Below are positions 1-8,118 of a DNA stretch of 64,000 nucleotides, in pieces. A model generated the notes under the pieces. The model ran no database searches and was not told the DNA's origin. It was given only the letters and a program-made list of their open reading frames with translations. Numbering within the stretch: position 1 is the stretch's first letter; every line of letters starts with the position of its first letter. Source of the DNA: Dehalococcoidia bacterium (GTDB lineage Bacteria; Chloroflexota; Dehalococcoidia; SM23-28-2); assembly GCA_030615765.1 (NCBI GenBank), contig JAUWYP010000002.1:82480-146479 (forward strand). The letters run 5' to 3'. A program made the position numbers and the translations under genes.

Positions 1-705
1 GACGGGTGGGAGGTACAACTGGTTGACCGCACCGTCACGCTCGCCACCAAGGACGCCCCTATTGTCCACAACAACATGAACTTCGCCGAGCGGATCCTCG
101 ACATCATCAGTGACCCCAACATCGCCTTCCTCCTCCTCAGCCTGGGGTCGATAGCCCTCTTCTTCGCAATCATCAACCCGGACCAGATCTTCCCCGGGGT
201 CTTCGGGGTCATCGCCCTCATCATGGCCTTCTTCTCCCTCAGCGTACTTCCCTTCAACTGGGCAGGGCTCATCCTCATCTTCCTGGCCTTCGCCCTGTTC
301 GCCGCCGAGATCTTCGTGACCAGTGGCGGCATATTAGGCATCGGCGGCGTAGTGGCTCTCGTTCTGGGTGGCTTGTTGCTAACCTGGGGCAACCCGCCTG
401 AATTTCAGGTATCGAAGTGGCTGGTCATCAGCATGGCGGGGGCGGCAGGCGCCTTCTTCCTGTTTGTGGTAACATCAATTATTCGCATCCGCCGCCAGCC
501 AGCGGTGACGGGCCTTACCACCCTCATCGGTCGCCGCGCTGTAGCTCGCTCGCCCCTTGACCCCGATGGTATGGTGTTCGTTGATGGCGAATATTGGTCG
601 GCCACCGTAGAGGAGGGCAGCGTGGAGGAAGGCGAGGAGGTAGTGGTTACGGCAATCGAAGGCCTTAAGCTGATGGTAAGGAAACAGGAAAGGAGCAGGC
701 GATGA
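1..705 (+). CDS. NfeD-family membrane protein, C-terminal part (5' end lies outside the window)
   Basis: Frame 1 is open from base 1, so the ATG at 76 is probably internal. Several hydrophobic helices are followed by a soluble C-terminal domain (DGMVFVDGEYWSATVEEG..VVVTAIEGLKL), as in NfeD. Its TGA overlaps the ATG of the downstream stomatin gene (ATGA at 702-705), the classic NfeD-stomatin pairing. Confidence 0.8.
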   Translation, partial: DGWEVQLVDRTVTLATKDAPIVHNNMNFAERILDIISDPNIAFLLLSLGSIALFFAIINPDQIFPGVFGVIALIMAFFSLSVLPFNWAGLILIFLAFALFAAEIFVTSGGILGIGGVVALVLGGLLLTWGNPPEFQVSKWLVISMAGAAGAFFLFVVTSIIRIRRQPAVTGLTTLIGRRAVARSPLDPDGMVFVDGEYWSATVEEGSVEEGEEVVVTAIEGLKLMVRKQERSRR

Positions 706-1505
706 CTACTAGCCAGCCGACGGAAGGCACCCGGTTAGCCAGGATCCTCATCCGGTTGGGATGGCTCCTGGTTCTCCCCTTCTTTTTCGTGGCCGTGAAG
801 ATCCTGAGGGAATACGAACGGGGGGTCATCTTCCGCCTGGGCCGCCTGGTGGACACTCGCGGGCCGGGCCTCTTCCTGATCATCCCCTTCGTAGAGAGTA
901 TGCAGAAGATCGACCTCCGTGTCATCACCCTGGACGTACCCAGCCAGGAGATCATCACCCGCGACAACGTGACGGTTAAGGTCGATGCGGTGATCTACTT
1001 CCGCATCGTGAACCCTGAGGACGCAGTGGTGAAGATAGAGAACTGGTTCCGGGCCACCGCCCTCATCGCCCAGACCACCCTCCGCAGCACCATCGGCCAG
1101 TCGGAGCTGGACGAGCTTCTGGCCCAACGCGACGAGATCAACCAGCGCCTCCAAGTCTCCATCGATGAGGCCACCGAGCCCTGGGGGATCAAGGTGAGCA
1201 TGGTGGAGATAAGGGATGTCCTCCTGGCGCCGGAGATGGTGCGCACCATCGCCCGCCAGGCAGAGGCCGAGCGGGAGCGGCGGGCCAAGATCATTCACGC
1301 CGAGGGCGAGTTTCAGGCCGCCGAGCGCCTGGCCGAGGCCGGCCGCATCATTGCCGCCTCGCCGGGCACTCTGCAGCTCCGCTACCTGCAGACCCTAACG
1401 GAGATCACCACCGAGCGCACCAGCATGCTGATCTTCCCCATTCCCATCGACCTGATTCAGGCGCTTACGGGCAGGGCCGCCGCTTCTTCAGGCGAGCAAC
1501 CCTAG
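702..1505 (+). CDS. SPFH/band-7 (stomatin/prohibitin-like) membrane protein
   Basis: N-terminal TM segment followed by REYERGVIFRLGR...ITRDNVTVKVDAVIYFRIV...AEAERERRAKIIHAEGE, typical of the SPFH domain plus coiled coil. Confidence 0.9.
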   Translation: MTTSQPTEGTRLARILIRLGWLLVLPFFFVAVKILREYERGVIFRLGRLVDTRGPGLFLIIPFVESMQKIDLRVITLDVPSQEIITRDNVTVKVDAVIYFRIVNPEDAVVKIENWFRATALIAQTTLRSTIGQSELDELLAQRDEINQRLQVSIDEATEPWGIKVSMVEIRDVLLAPEMVRTIARQAEAERERRAKIIHAEGEFQAAERLAEAGRIIAASPGTLQLRYLQTLTEITTERTSMLIFPIPIDLIQALTGRAAASSGEQP

Positions 1506-1556
1506 GCCCGAGGAAAAAAGCGCCTGGGGAAGACAAACGGCGCGGGAGACTCTGGC

Positions 1557-2333
1557 CTAGCTTCGCAGGGTCACGTCGCCGGCAGCGATGGTCACGTGGC
1601 TGCCGTCGGCCCGGCGCAGGATGAGGCTGCCATCGCTATCCACATCCTCGGCCAACCCCTCTTCCAGTTGTTCGCCGAAGCGTACCTGCACCTGTTTGCC
1701 GAGCATACCCAGGCGAGCGCGCCACTCCTCATGGATCGGCTCGCCCGCCTGAGCGGCCAGATAGAGCGCCTCGAACTCGTTGAGGATGCCCGCCGCCAGG
1801 GCCTCTCGCGACACCTCTCGCCCCAGCTCCGTCATGACGCTGGTGGCTAAGGGAGCCGTTTCAGGGTAGGCAACCATATCGGCGTTGACGTTCACGCCGA
1901 TGCCCACCAGGGCATAGCTCACGCCCTCGCCCACCAGCTCCGACTCGCTGAGAATGCCGGCGATTTTCCGGCCGGCCACCAGCACATCGTTCGGCCACTT
2001 CAGGCTCGTCTCCAGGCCTGCCACGCGCTCGATGCCGCGGGCCACTGCCAGGCCAGCGATGATCACCAGCGCCTTCAGATGCTCGGCCGGCGGGCGGAGG
2101 ACGGCGGTGAGGTAGATGCCGCCCCCTGGCGAGACCCAGGAGCGTTCCAGACGACCCCGGCCCGCTGTCTGGCGACCCGCGAGGACCACTGTTCCCTCAG
2201 CCGCTCCCGCCTGGGCCAGCTCGCGCGCCAGGTCCTGGGTGGAACCGAGCGCCGCTCGATACTCCAGGCGACGCCCGACGAAGCTGGTCGTGAGGCCTTC
2301 CCTGAGAGCCCTAGCGGAAAATCTGGCGGTCAT
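1557..2333 (-). CDS. birA: biotin--[acetyl-CoA-carboxylase] ligase
   Basis: Contains the GRGRLERSWVSPGGGIYLT biotin-binding loop and KWPNDVL. The track ORF opens at a TTG (2360). I place the start at the ATG at 2333 because the T-tract of an upstream terminator reaches about 2355. Confidence 0.85.
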   Translation of the reverse strand: MTARFSARALREGLTTSFVGRRLEYRAALGSTQDLARELAQAGAAEGTVVLAGRQTAGRGRLERSWVSPGGGIYLTAVLRPPAEHLKALVIIAGLAVARGIERVAGLETSLKWPNDVLVAGRKIAGILSESELVGEGVSYALVGIGVNVNADMVAYPETAPLATSVMTELGREVSREALAAGILNEFEALYLAAQAGEPIHEEWRARLGMLGKQVQVRFGEQLEEGLAEDVDSDGSLILRRADGSHVTIAAGDVTLRS

Positions 2334-2354
2334 GGCAAGGGAAGGATATACCGC

Positions 2355-2391
2355 CCCCAAACAAAAAGCCAGCCCGCCGTAGCGGGCTGGC
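2355..2391 (-). terminator. Rho-independent terminator (minus strand)
   Basis: 10-bp stem gccagcccgc / gcgggctggc (2368-2377 and 2382-2391) with a 4-nt loop. On the minus strand it is followed by TTTTTGTTTG. Confidence 0.7.
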
Positions 2392-2412
2392 TTTCGCGCT
2401 AGGCCCCAGGGC

Positions 2413-2487
2413 CTAGCCCGCCATCACCTCCAAGGAATGTCGGTGCGGGTGGACAGGCCTGAGGCCCTCGCTACGATTATCGTCCAT
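2413..2487 (-). CDS. candidate 24-aa small ORF (MDDNRSEGLRPVHPHRHSLEVMAG)
   Basis: Below the track cutoff. GGAAAGGAGG lies 8 nt upstream of the ATG. The ORF sits between the murE stop and the terminator. I recognise no homology. Confidence 0.25.
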   Translation of the reverse strand: MDDNRSEGLRPVHPHRHSLEVMAG

Positions 2488-2574
2488 CCACATCACCTCC
2501 TTTCCTACAACCAATGGTAACAGCTTTCCAGGCAGGAGGTCAATCGGTCGCCGTCATTGGCCGAAGCCAGTAGG

Positions 2575-4089
2575 CTAGGAACCCATCTCCCGCAGGAGCT
2601 CCCCTGCCACCCGGCACTCGTCCCAGGGGATGACCGTATCGCCGACGGTGATGGACTGCTCGTGCCCCTTGCCAGCCAGGAGCACAATGTCCCCCTCGAC
2701 GGCCATGGCCAGAGCGTGGGCGATGGCCTCCCGCCGCTCGGGGATACGGACGAAGTGATGCCCTTCGTGTCGGCCGGCTTTCTCCACGCCCTGGGCCATC
2801 TCCGCCAGGATGGCCTGAGGGTCCTCCTGGAAGGGGTTGTCGTTGGTGAGGACGGCGAAGTCGGCCAGCTCGCCCGCGGCCAGCCCCATGCCCAGGCGGC
2901 GGGGCTTCTCCCTCTCGCCGATGCAGCCGAAGACGACGATGAGCTGTCCCTGGCATCGCTCGCGCAGGAACGCCAGGACGCGCCGCAGGGCCTCGGGCGC
3001 ATGGGCGAAGTCCACCACCACCGTGAACGGCTGCCCTTCGTCGATACGCTCCAGGCGGCCCGGCACACCGGGGAAAGACCCCAGAGCATCCTTCACGGCA
3101 GCCAGCGACATGCCCTGGGAGAGCGCTACCGCCGCCGCCGCCAGGCTGTTGTGAACGTTGAACAGGCCGGGAAGACCAACCGACACTTCCAGTTCGTTCC
3201 CCTCCGCCCGCAGACGAAAGCGAGAGCCCCACTCAGTGGGAGAGATATCGGTCGCCTGAAGGTCCGCCGCCTTCTGCACGCCGTAGGTCACGATTCGAGC
3301 CTGGGTGAGACCGGCGAAGTGGGCGGCGGCGGGCTCGTCCGCGTTGAGCACGGCCATCTTGTCCACCCCTTTGTCGACCGCCCGGTCGAGCATGGCGAAC
3401 AGGCGACCCTTGGCCGCCAGGTACTCCTCTCGCGAGCGGTGAAAGTCGAGGTGATCGGCAGTGACGTTGGTCATCACCGCCACATCGTACTCGCAGCCGT
3501 CCAGGCGGTGCAGGGCCAGGCCGTGGGAGCTCGATTCCAGGATGGCGTAGTCGACCCCAGCGTCCGCCATGTCCGCCATGAGAGCCTGCACCTGAGGCGC
3601 CTCGGGCGTGGTGAAGCGATACTCATTGGCGGAGAGGCGATCGCCCACCTTGCAATGAACGGTGCTCAACAGGCCGGTGCGATGGCCCGCTGCCTCCAGG
3701 AGGGCGCTGATAAGATGAATGGTGGTGGTCTTGCCGTCCGTCCCGGTGACGCCGATGACCCGCAGTCGCCTTCCCGGATGGCCGTGGAAGGCGGCCGCCA
3801 GGGTAGCCAGCGCCCGGCGGCTGTCGGGCACCACGATGGCGGCCAGCCGGCCTCCCTCGACGGTAGCCTGCCACTTCGCCCGCCGGTCGGCCTGAACGAC
3901 TACCCCGACGGCGCCGCCAGCCAGTGCCTCGCGTATGTAGTCGTGCCCGTCGACCCGAAAGCCGGGCACGGCCACAAACAAGGCACCCGGCCCAACCCGG
4001 CGAGAATCATGGCAGACCGCCGATATGGGGACATCGGCGCCAAGGATTTCCTTTTCGTCTAGTTCGTCAGCTAAGTGATGCAGATGCAT
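2575..4089 (-). CDS. murE: UDP-N-acetylmuramoyl-L-alanyl-D-glutamate--2,6-diaminopimelate ligase
   Basis: GVTGTDGKTTT P-loop, SSHGLALHR, and DNP-type motif TNDNPFQEDP. The length of 504 aa fits. Confidence 0.9.
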   Translation of the reverse strand: MHLHHLADELDEKEILGADVPISAVCHDSRRVGPGALFVAVPGFRVDGHDYIREALAGGAVGVVVQADRRAKWQATVEGGRLAAIVVPDSRRALATLAAAFHGHPGRRLRVIGVTGTDGKTTTIHLISALLEAAGHRTGLLSTVHCKVGDRLSANEYRFTTPEAPQVQALMADMADAGVDYAILESSSHGLALHRLDGCEYDVAVMTNVTADHLDFHRSREEYLAAKGRLFAMLDRAVDKGVDKMAVLNADEPAAAHFAGLTQARIVTYGVQKAADLQATDISPTEWGSRFRLRAEGNELEVSVGLPGLFNVHNSLAAAAVALSQGMSLAAVKDALGSFPGVPGRLERIDEGQPFTVVVDFAHAPEALRRVLAFLRERCQGQLIVVFGCIGEREKPRRLGMGLAAGELADFAVLTNDNPFQEDPQAILAEMAQGVEKAGRHEGHHFVRIPERREAIAHALAMAVEGDIVLLAGKGHEQSITVGDTVIPWDECRVAGELLREMGS

Positions 4090-4127
4090 GAGAAAGAAAG
4101 AGACCCAAAGGCCCCACCGCCCCGCCT

Positions 4128-4652
4128 CTAGCGCAGCATCAGCCAGTACCTGACGCCATCCAGTTCCTGAAACCCCAGCCGCTCGTACAGACGGCGGGCG
4201 CGGACGTTATCCCGCCGCGTGCCAAGCTCCACCCGAACGCAGCCGCTCTTGCGCGCGTTGTTCAGTGCCTCGCGCATCAATTCGGTGCCTATGCCCTGAC
4301 CGCGGTACTGCTCCAAGACGAAGACGTCATCGAGATAGGCGAAGCATCCTGCCGCCTGAGTGGTGGGCGCAATAGCCAGCGATACCATGCCGCACAGCTC
4401 GTCCCCTACGACGGCGAAGAACAGCTTGAAGGGCGAGGGCGCTACAGCGTCGTCGAACAATGTGATCAGGCGGCGCTCGGGCGGCCTATCCTCGCCCAGT
4501 TCCTGATACAGGGCCTCGACCAGGACGAGGAAGCCCTGCCAATCTTCGGCAACCGCCGGCCGAACCTCCACCCGCGGCTCCGCCCTTTTTGCCAACCGTC
4601 TGCCAAACATATTGCTTACCCACGATCTGCTGCCCTCGCGGACGCCGGGCAT
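4128..4652 (-). CDS. GNAT-family N-acetyltransferase
   Basis: Acetyl-CoA binding motif QYRGQGIGTELMREAL. The start is ambiguous, and the ATG at 4610 (MFGRRL) is an alternative. Confidence 0.75.
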   Translation of the reverse strand: MPGVREGSRSWVSNMFGRRLAKRAEPRVEVRPAVAEDWQGFLVLVEALYQELGEDRPPERRLITLFDDAVAPSPFKLFFAVVGDELCGMVSLAIAPTTQAAGCFAYLDDVFVLEQYRGQGIGTELMREALNNARKSGCVRVELGTRRDNVRARRLYERLGFQELDGVRYWLMLR

Positions 4653-4667
4653 GGCGTCGGCGCGGCC

Positions 4668-6344
4668 CTAGGTAGCGGCAGCCATTATGGCGCTGGTCAT
4701 CGCCGCGCCGCCTATGGTGGCCGGCGAGACGACGTCGGGGTCGACAAGGACGTTCAGGCAGGCGGGCTTTCCGCTCTTGAAGGCCCGCTCCAGGGCCGGC
4801 GCGATGTCTGCCGGTTTCTCCACCAGCTCGCCGTATGCTCCCAGGCCCTCGGCCGCCTTCTCGTAGTGTACCAGACCGAGATCGGTGGCCACCGCCTGTC
4901 CCTTGCCGCGGCTCATCTCCTGCCCGTGCTTGCACATGCCCCAGGCCTTGTCGTTGAACACCACCACCACAATGGGCAGGTTGTGCTTGGCGGCGGTATG
5001 GAACTCGGCCAGGTTGAGCCCCACCGACCCGTCGCCGGTGGTCACCAGCACAGGCTTATCTGGATGGGCCAGCTTGGCGGCCATGCCGAAGCTGAGGCCA
5101 ACCCCCAGGCAGCCCAGATAGCCGTGCGATAGCCAGTGCCCCGGCCTCTTGACGACGGCGGCGCTGCTCATCCAGTCCCACGCTTCGCCTCCGTCGGCCA
5201 CGATGATGGCATCGTCGGGCAGAAAGCGAGCAACTTCGGTCGCCAGCCGGAAGGGATGGATCGGCGGCTCGGTGGACGCCAGGCCAGCGGCGAACGCTTG
5301 TGAGCGCCCCTGGCGAGTCCTGCCGAGAACCTCCAGCCAGGCATCGCGCTGAGGCCAGGGGTGCTGGCGGGCGTGGTTCAGCAGCTGACGGAGCACCTCG
5401 CGACAGTCGCCCACGATGCCCAACTGGACGTCGCGATTGCGGCCGATCTCCTCGCCCTCGATGTCCACCTGGATCACCTTGGCATCGGCCGGAATCAGCG
5501 AGAGGTAGCGGCCGCCGGTGAACAGCCCCAGGCGAGCACCCAAGACGAGCACGACATCGGGACGCCCGGCGGCCAGGGGCACGAAGTCGCCGAACCCCAG
5601 GGGCGTATCCTCGGGCACGCACCCTCTGGCCTTGCTATTGGTCAGCACCGGAATCTGGGTCAGCTCGGCGAACTCCCTTAGCTCGGCCGCCGCCTGGGCG
5701 AACCATACGCCTCCTCCGGCCAGGATGACCGGCCGCTCGGCCTGCTCCAGCAGCTCGACGGTCCTGGCGATGGCTTCGGGCTGAGCCGCCGGCGGCGCCT
5801 TGGGCCGGTACTCCTCGGGGAAGAACACCTTCTCCTCCTCCACCTGGGCTTTCATCACATCATCAGGGATATCCAGGAACACCGGTCCCGGACGCCCCGT
5901 CGTGGCCTGGCGCAGGGCCATCGCCGTGAACTCCGCGATGCGCTGGGGACGAGGAACGGTATAGGCCCACTTGGTGATGGGCCTCATCATCTCCACCTGG
6001 GGCAGCGACTGCTGGGCAACAGTCTCGTCCTCCACCAGGGCGCTGCGCCCGGCGATGACCAGCATGGGAATGGCGTCTACGTAGGCGTTGGCCACGGCCG
6101 TGACCACGTCGGTGACACCCGGACCGGAGGTGACCGCGGCTACTGCGGGACGGCCCGTCACCCGCGCCCAGCCATCGGCCATGTGCCCCGCCGCCTGCTC
6201 GTGGCGGGTGTCGATGATGCGGAAACCGCGGCCGGCGGCAGCGCGGAGGATCAGGTCCACGTCGCCAGGGAGGGTGAATATCTCCCGGATGCCCTCTCGC
6301 TCCAGGATGCGGGCCACCATTTCGCCTCCGTCAATCTTGGCCAT
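4668..6344 (-). CDS. thiamine-pyrophosphate-dependent enzyme (acetolactate-synthase large-subunit-like)
   Basis: N-terminal TRHEQAAGHMADGWARVTGRPAVAAVTSGPGVTDVVTAVANAY and C-terminal TPP motif GDGSVGLN...NDKAWG. GGGGGAGGA lies upstream of the ATG. Confidence 0.85.
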   Translation of the reverse strand: MAKIDGGEMVARILEREGIREIFTLPGDVDLILRAAAGRGFRIIDTRHEQAAGHMADGWARVTGRPAVAAVTSGPGVTDVVTAVANAYVDAIPMLVIAGRSALVEDETVAQQSLPQVEMMRPITKWAYTVPRPQRIAEFTAMALRQATTGRPGPVFLDIPDDVMKAQVEEEKVFFPEEYRPKAPPAAQPEAIARTVELLEQAERPVILAGGGVWFAQAAAELREFAELTQIPVLTNSKARGCVPEDTPLGFGDFVPLAAGRPDVVLVLGARLGLFTGGRYLSLIPADAKVIQVDIEGEEIGRNRDVQLGIVGDCREVLRQLLNHARQHPWPQRDAWLEVLGRTRQGRSQAFAAGLASTEPPIHPFRLATEVARFLPDDAIIVADGGEAWDWMSSAAVVKRPGHWLSHGYLGCLGVGLSFGMAAKLAHPDKPVLVTTGDGSVGLNLAEFHTAAKHNLPIVVVVFNDKAWGMCKHGQEMSRGKGQAVATDLGLVHYEKAAEGLGAYGELVEKPADIAPALERAFKSGKPACLNVLVDPDVVSPATIGGAAMTSAIMAAAT

Positions 6345-6465
6345 CTCTGTCCTCCCCCTAGCGTCGCTTTCTAATCATCGCTGGCTTGTTAAGGATGCGG
6401 CAGGCATTATACAATGCCTCTCACTGGCTGCCAATCGGAGGGCGATTCCAGGAGGAGGCGGACCG

Positions 6466-7479
6466 TTGAAGGCGCTGGTGTACCGCGGCCAACAGGGGAT
6501 GGTGGTGGAGGAGGTGGACGACCCCGAACCTGCCGCGGACGAGGTGCTAATGAAGGTTCGCTACTGCGGCATCTGCGGTAGCGATGTCCATCTCTTCGCC
6601 ATGGGGGTCTTCTTCCTCGGCACTACTCCCGGCCACGAGGTGTCAGCCGAGGTGCTCAGCCCCGGCGCCGATGTCAGCGGCTGGCAGCCCGGCGATCCGG
6701 TGGTGGTAAAGCACAGGAACTGCGGCCAGTGCGAGTACTGCCTCGCCGGCCGGCCTGAGCTCTGCCTCCAGCCCGAAGGTTTCGGCAGGGGCATCCGGCG
6801 GGGAGCCTTCGCCGAGCTGCTGGTCTCTCACCACAGCACCCTCCTGCGGGTGCCGCCGGGCCTCGACCTGGCCCACGCCGCCCTCGCCGAGCCGCTGGCC
6901 GTCGCCGTGCACGCCGTGGACGTATCGGGGATCGAGGCCGGCCAGGCGGCCGTGGTCACCGGAGCGGGGCCCATCGGCCTGCTTATCACCGACGTGCTCA
7001 GGGCCCGTGGCGTGCAGCCGATCATCGTCAGCGAACCCGTTGAGCCCCGTCGAAAACTGGCCGCCAAGCTGAGGCCTGACCACGTGGTCGACCCCAGCGC
7101 CGCCAGCCTGGCCGACCTGGTGCGGGCCGAGACCGGCCTAGGCGTGCACGTCGTGTTCGAGTGCACGGGCGTGCCGGAGGCCGCCAACGCCGCCCTGGGT
7201 CTCCTGCGCCCCGCCGGCACGATGCTGGTGGTGGGCCACAGCGAGAAGTCGTACACCCTGTCCAGCCTCATGGTGATGGCGCGCGAGCTACGCATCGAGG
7301 GCGTCTTCGGCGGCGGCGGCCGCTTCCCCGCTGCCCTCGATCTGCTGGCCGCCGGCAAGGTGCACTGCCAGGACATCATCACGCGCATCGCCCCCCTGGC
7401 GGAGACGGAGGCCTGCCTGCGCGAGCTGAACGACGCCCCCAGCGAGGGCAAGGTGCTCATCGACCCCTGGGCTGCGTAG
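6466..7479 (+). CDS. zinc-dependent alcohol dehydrogenase (MDR family)
   Basis: CGICGSDVH catalytic Zn motif, CGQCEYCLAGRPELC structural Zn site, and GAGPIGL Rossmann motif. The start is set at the TTG at 6466, preceded by GGAGGAGG. The longer track ORF (from 6088) overlaps the opposite-strand TPP gene. Confidence 0.85.
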   Translation: MKALVYRGQQGMVVEEVDDPEPAADEVLMKVRYCGICGSDVHLFAMGVFFLGTTPGHEVSAEVLSPGADVSGWQPGDPVVVKHRNCGQCEYCLAGRPELCLQPEGFGRGIRRGAFAELLVSHHSTLLRVPPGLDLAHAALAEPLAVAVHAVDVSGIEAGQAAVVTGAGPIGLLITDVLRARGVQPIIVSEPVEPRRKLAAKLRPDHVVDPSAASLADLVRAETGLGVHVVFECTGVPEAANAALGLLRPAGTMLVVGHSEKSYTLSSLMVMARELRIEGVFGGGGRFPAALDLLAAGKVHCQDIITRIAPLAETEACLRELNDAPSEGKVLIDPWAA

Positions 7480-7528
7480 CAGGCGAGGAGAGGGACAGCG
7501 GCCGTGACGGGCGCGCAGGTCAGTCAGT

Positions 7529-7795
7529 CTACCTTGTCTCCGAGCAGATGCACTCGAGGGTTGGAGCGTCGCGCCAGCCCACCAGCTCGTCGATGCTCGC
7601 TTGGGGCTGCCCCGCTGCGCCGACGCCTATCACCGTCTCGATACTGCCGGTGATCCTAAGGTTCCCGCTGTCATCGAGGGGAAGGTTGGTGACCTCCGTT
7701 TGCACCGGGTAGGTGAAAGCCAAGAGGGAAAGGCCGGCAGCTACGACGGCCCCCGCGAGTGCGCCAAGGAGTGCGGCGATGCCAAGTCTTATCAT
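7529..7795 (-). CDS. small hypothetical membrane-anchored/secreted protein (88 aa)
   Basis: Internal ATG at 7795 with GGAGGT 6 nt upstream. The N-terminus is hydrophobic (MIRLGIAALLGALAGAVVAAGLSLLAF). No family recognised. Confidence 0.5.
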   Translation of the reverse strand: MIRLGIAALLGALAGAVVAAGLSLLAFTYPVQTEVTNLPLDDSGNLRITGSIETVIGVGAAGQPQASIDELVGWRDAPTLECICSETR

Positions 7796-8031
7796 ATTGC
7801 TACCTCCAGCTGGATTCACACGGATTCTACCAGACCACCTTGGCGTAGCATACGCGCCCGCCGCGGCAAGAGAAGCACGGCCCTGGCTTTGAGGTAGCAA
7901 GACCCCTTCCGTGTCTCCCCACGCTAAGCAGCCACCCACTCGTACTGGTGATCGAGCCCAGCCAGTACCGATCGAGCGACGATGCGGCCAGCCGCTGACG
8001 AACCGGATATCGCCATCGAGCTTGCCCGCTA

Positions 8032-8059
8032 TTGACATCCTGATTGGTTGGGGTAGAAT
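8032..8059 (+). promoter_or_regulatory. sigma-70-like promoter for the DUF11-repeat gene
   Basis: TTGACA (8032-8037), a 16-nt spacer, then TAGAAT (8054-8059), about 60 nt upstream of the ATG at 8119. Confidence 0.5.
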
Positions 8060-8118
8060 CTGAGCGATCGCATGTTCGATTTCTCCCTTTCGGCTTTGAG
8101 TGATAGGAGGGTAGGATC

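Noticed and set aside
2557-4062. 501-aa plus-strand ORF opposite murE. Similar long antisense ORFs occur elsewhere, for example 16256-17314(-), 26568-27866(+), 37502-39124(+), 40949-43102(+), 46596-47801(-) and 59117-60166(+).
   Set aside because: Each lies exactly antisense to a gene with unmistakable family motifs. Their translations are Arg/Gly/Pro/Ala/His-rich low-complexity strings with no motifs. Stop-poor antisense frames are expected at this GC content, so these are shadow ORFs.
6088-6465. N-terminal 126-codon extension of the alcohol dehydrogenase ORF
   Set aside because: The extension overlaps the 5' part of the opposite-strand TPP gene, is Ala/Arg/Ser-rich with no ADH similarity, and a TTG with GGAGGAGG at 6466 opens the conserved LKALVYRG N-terminus.
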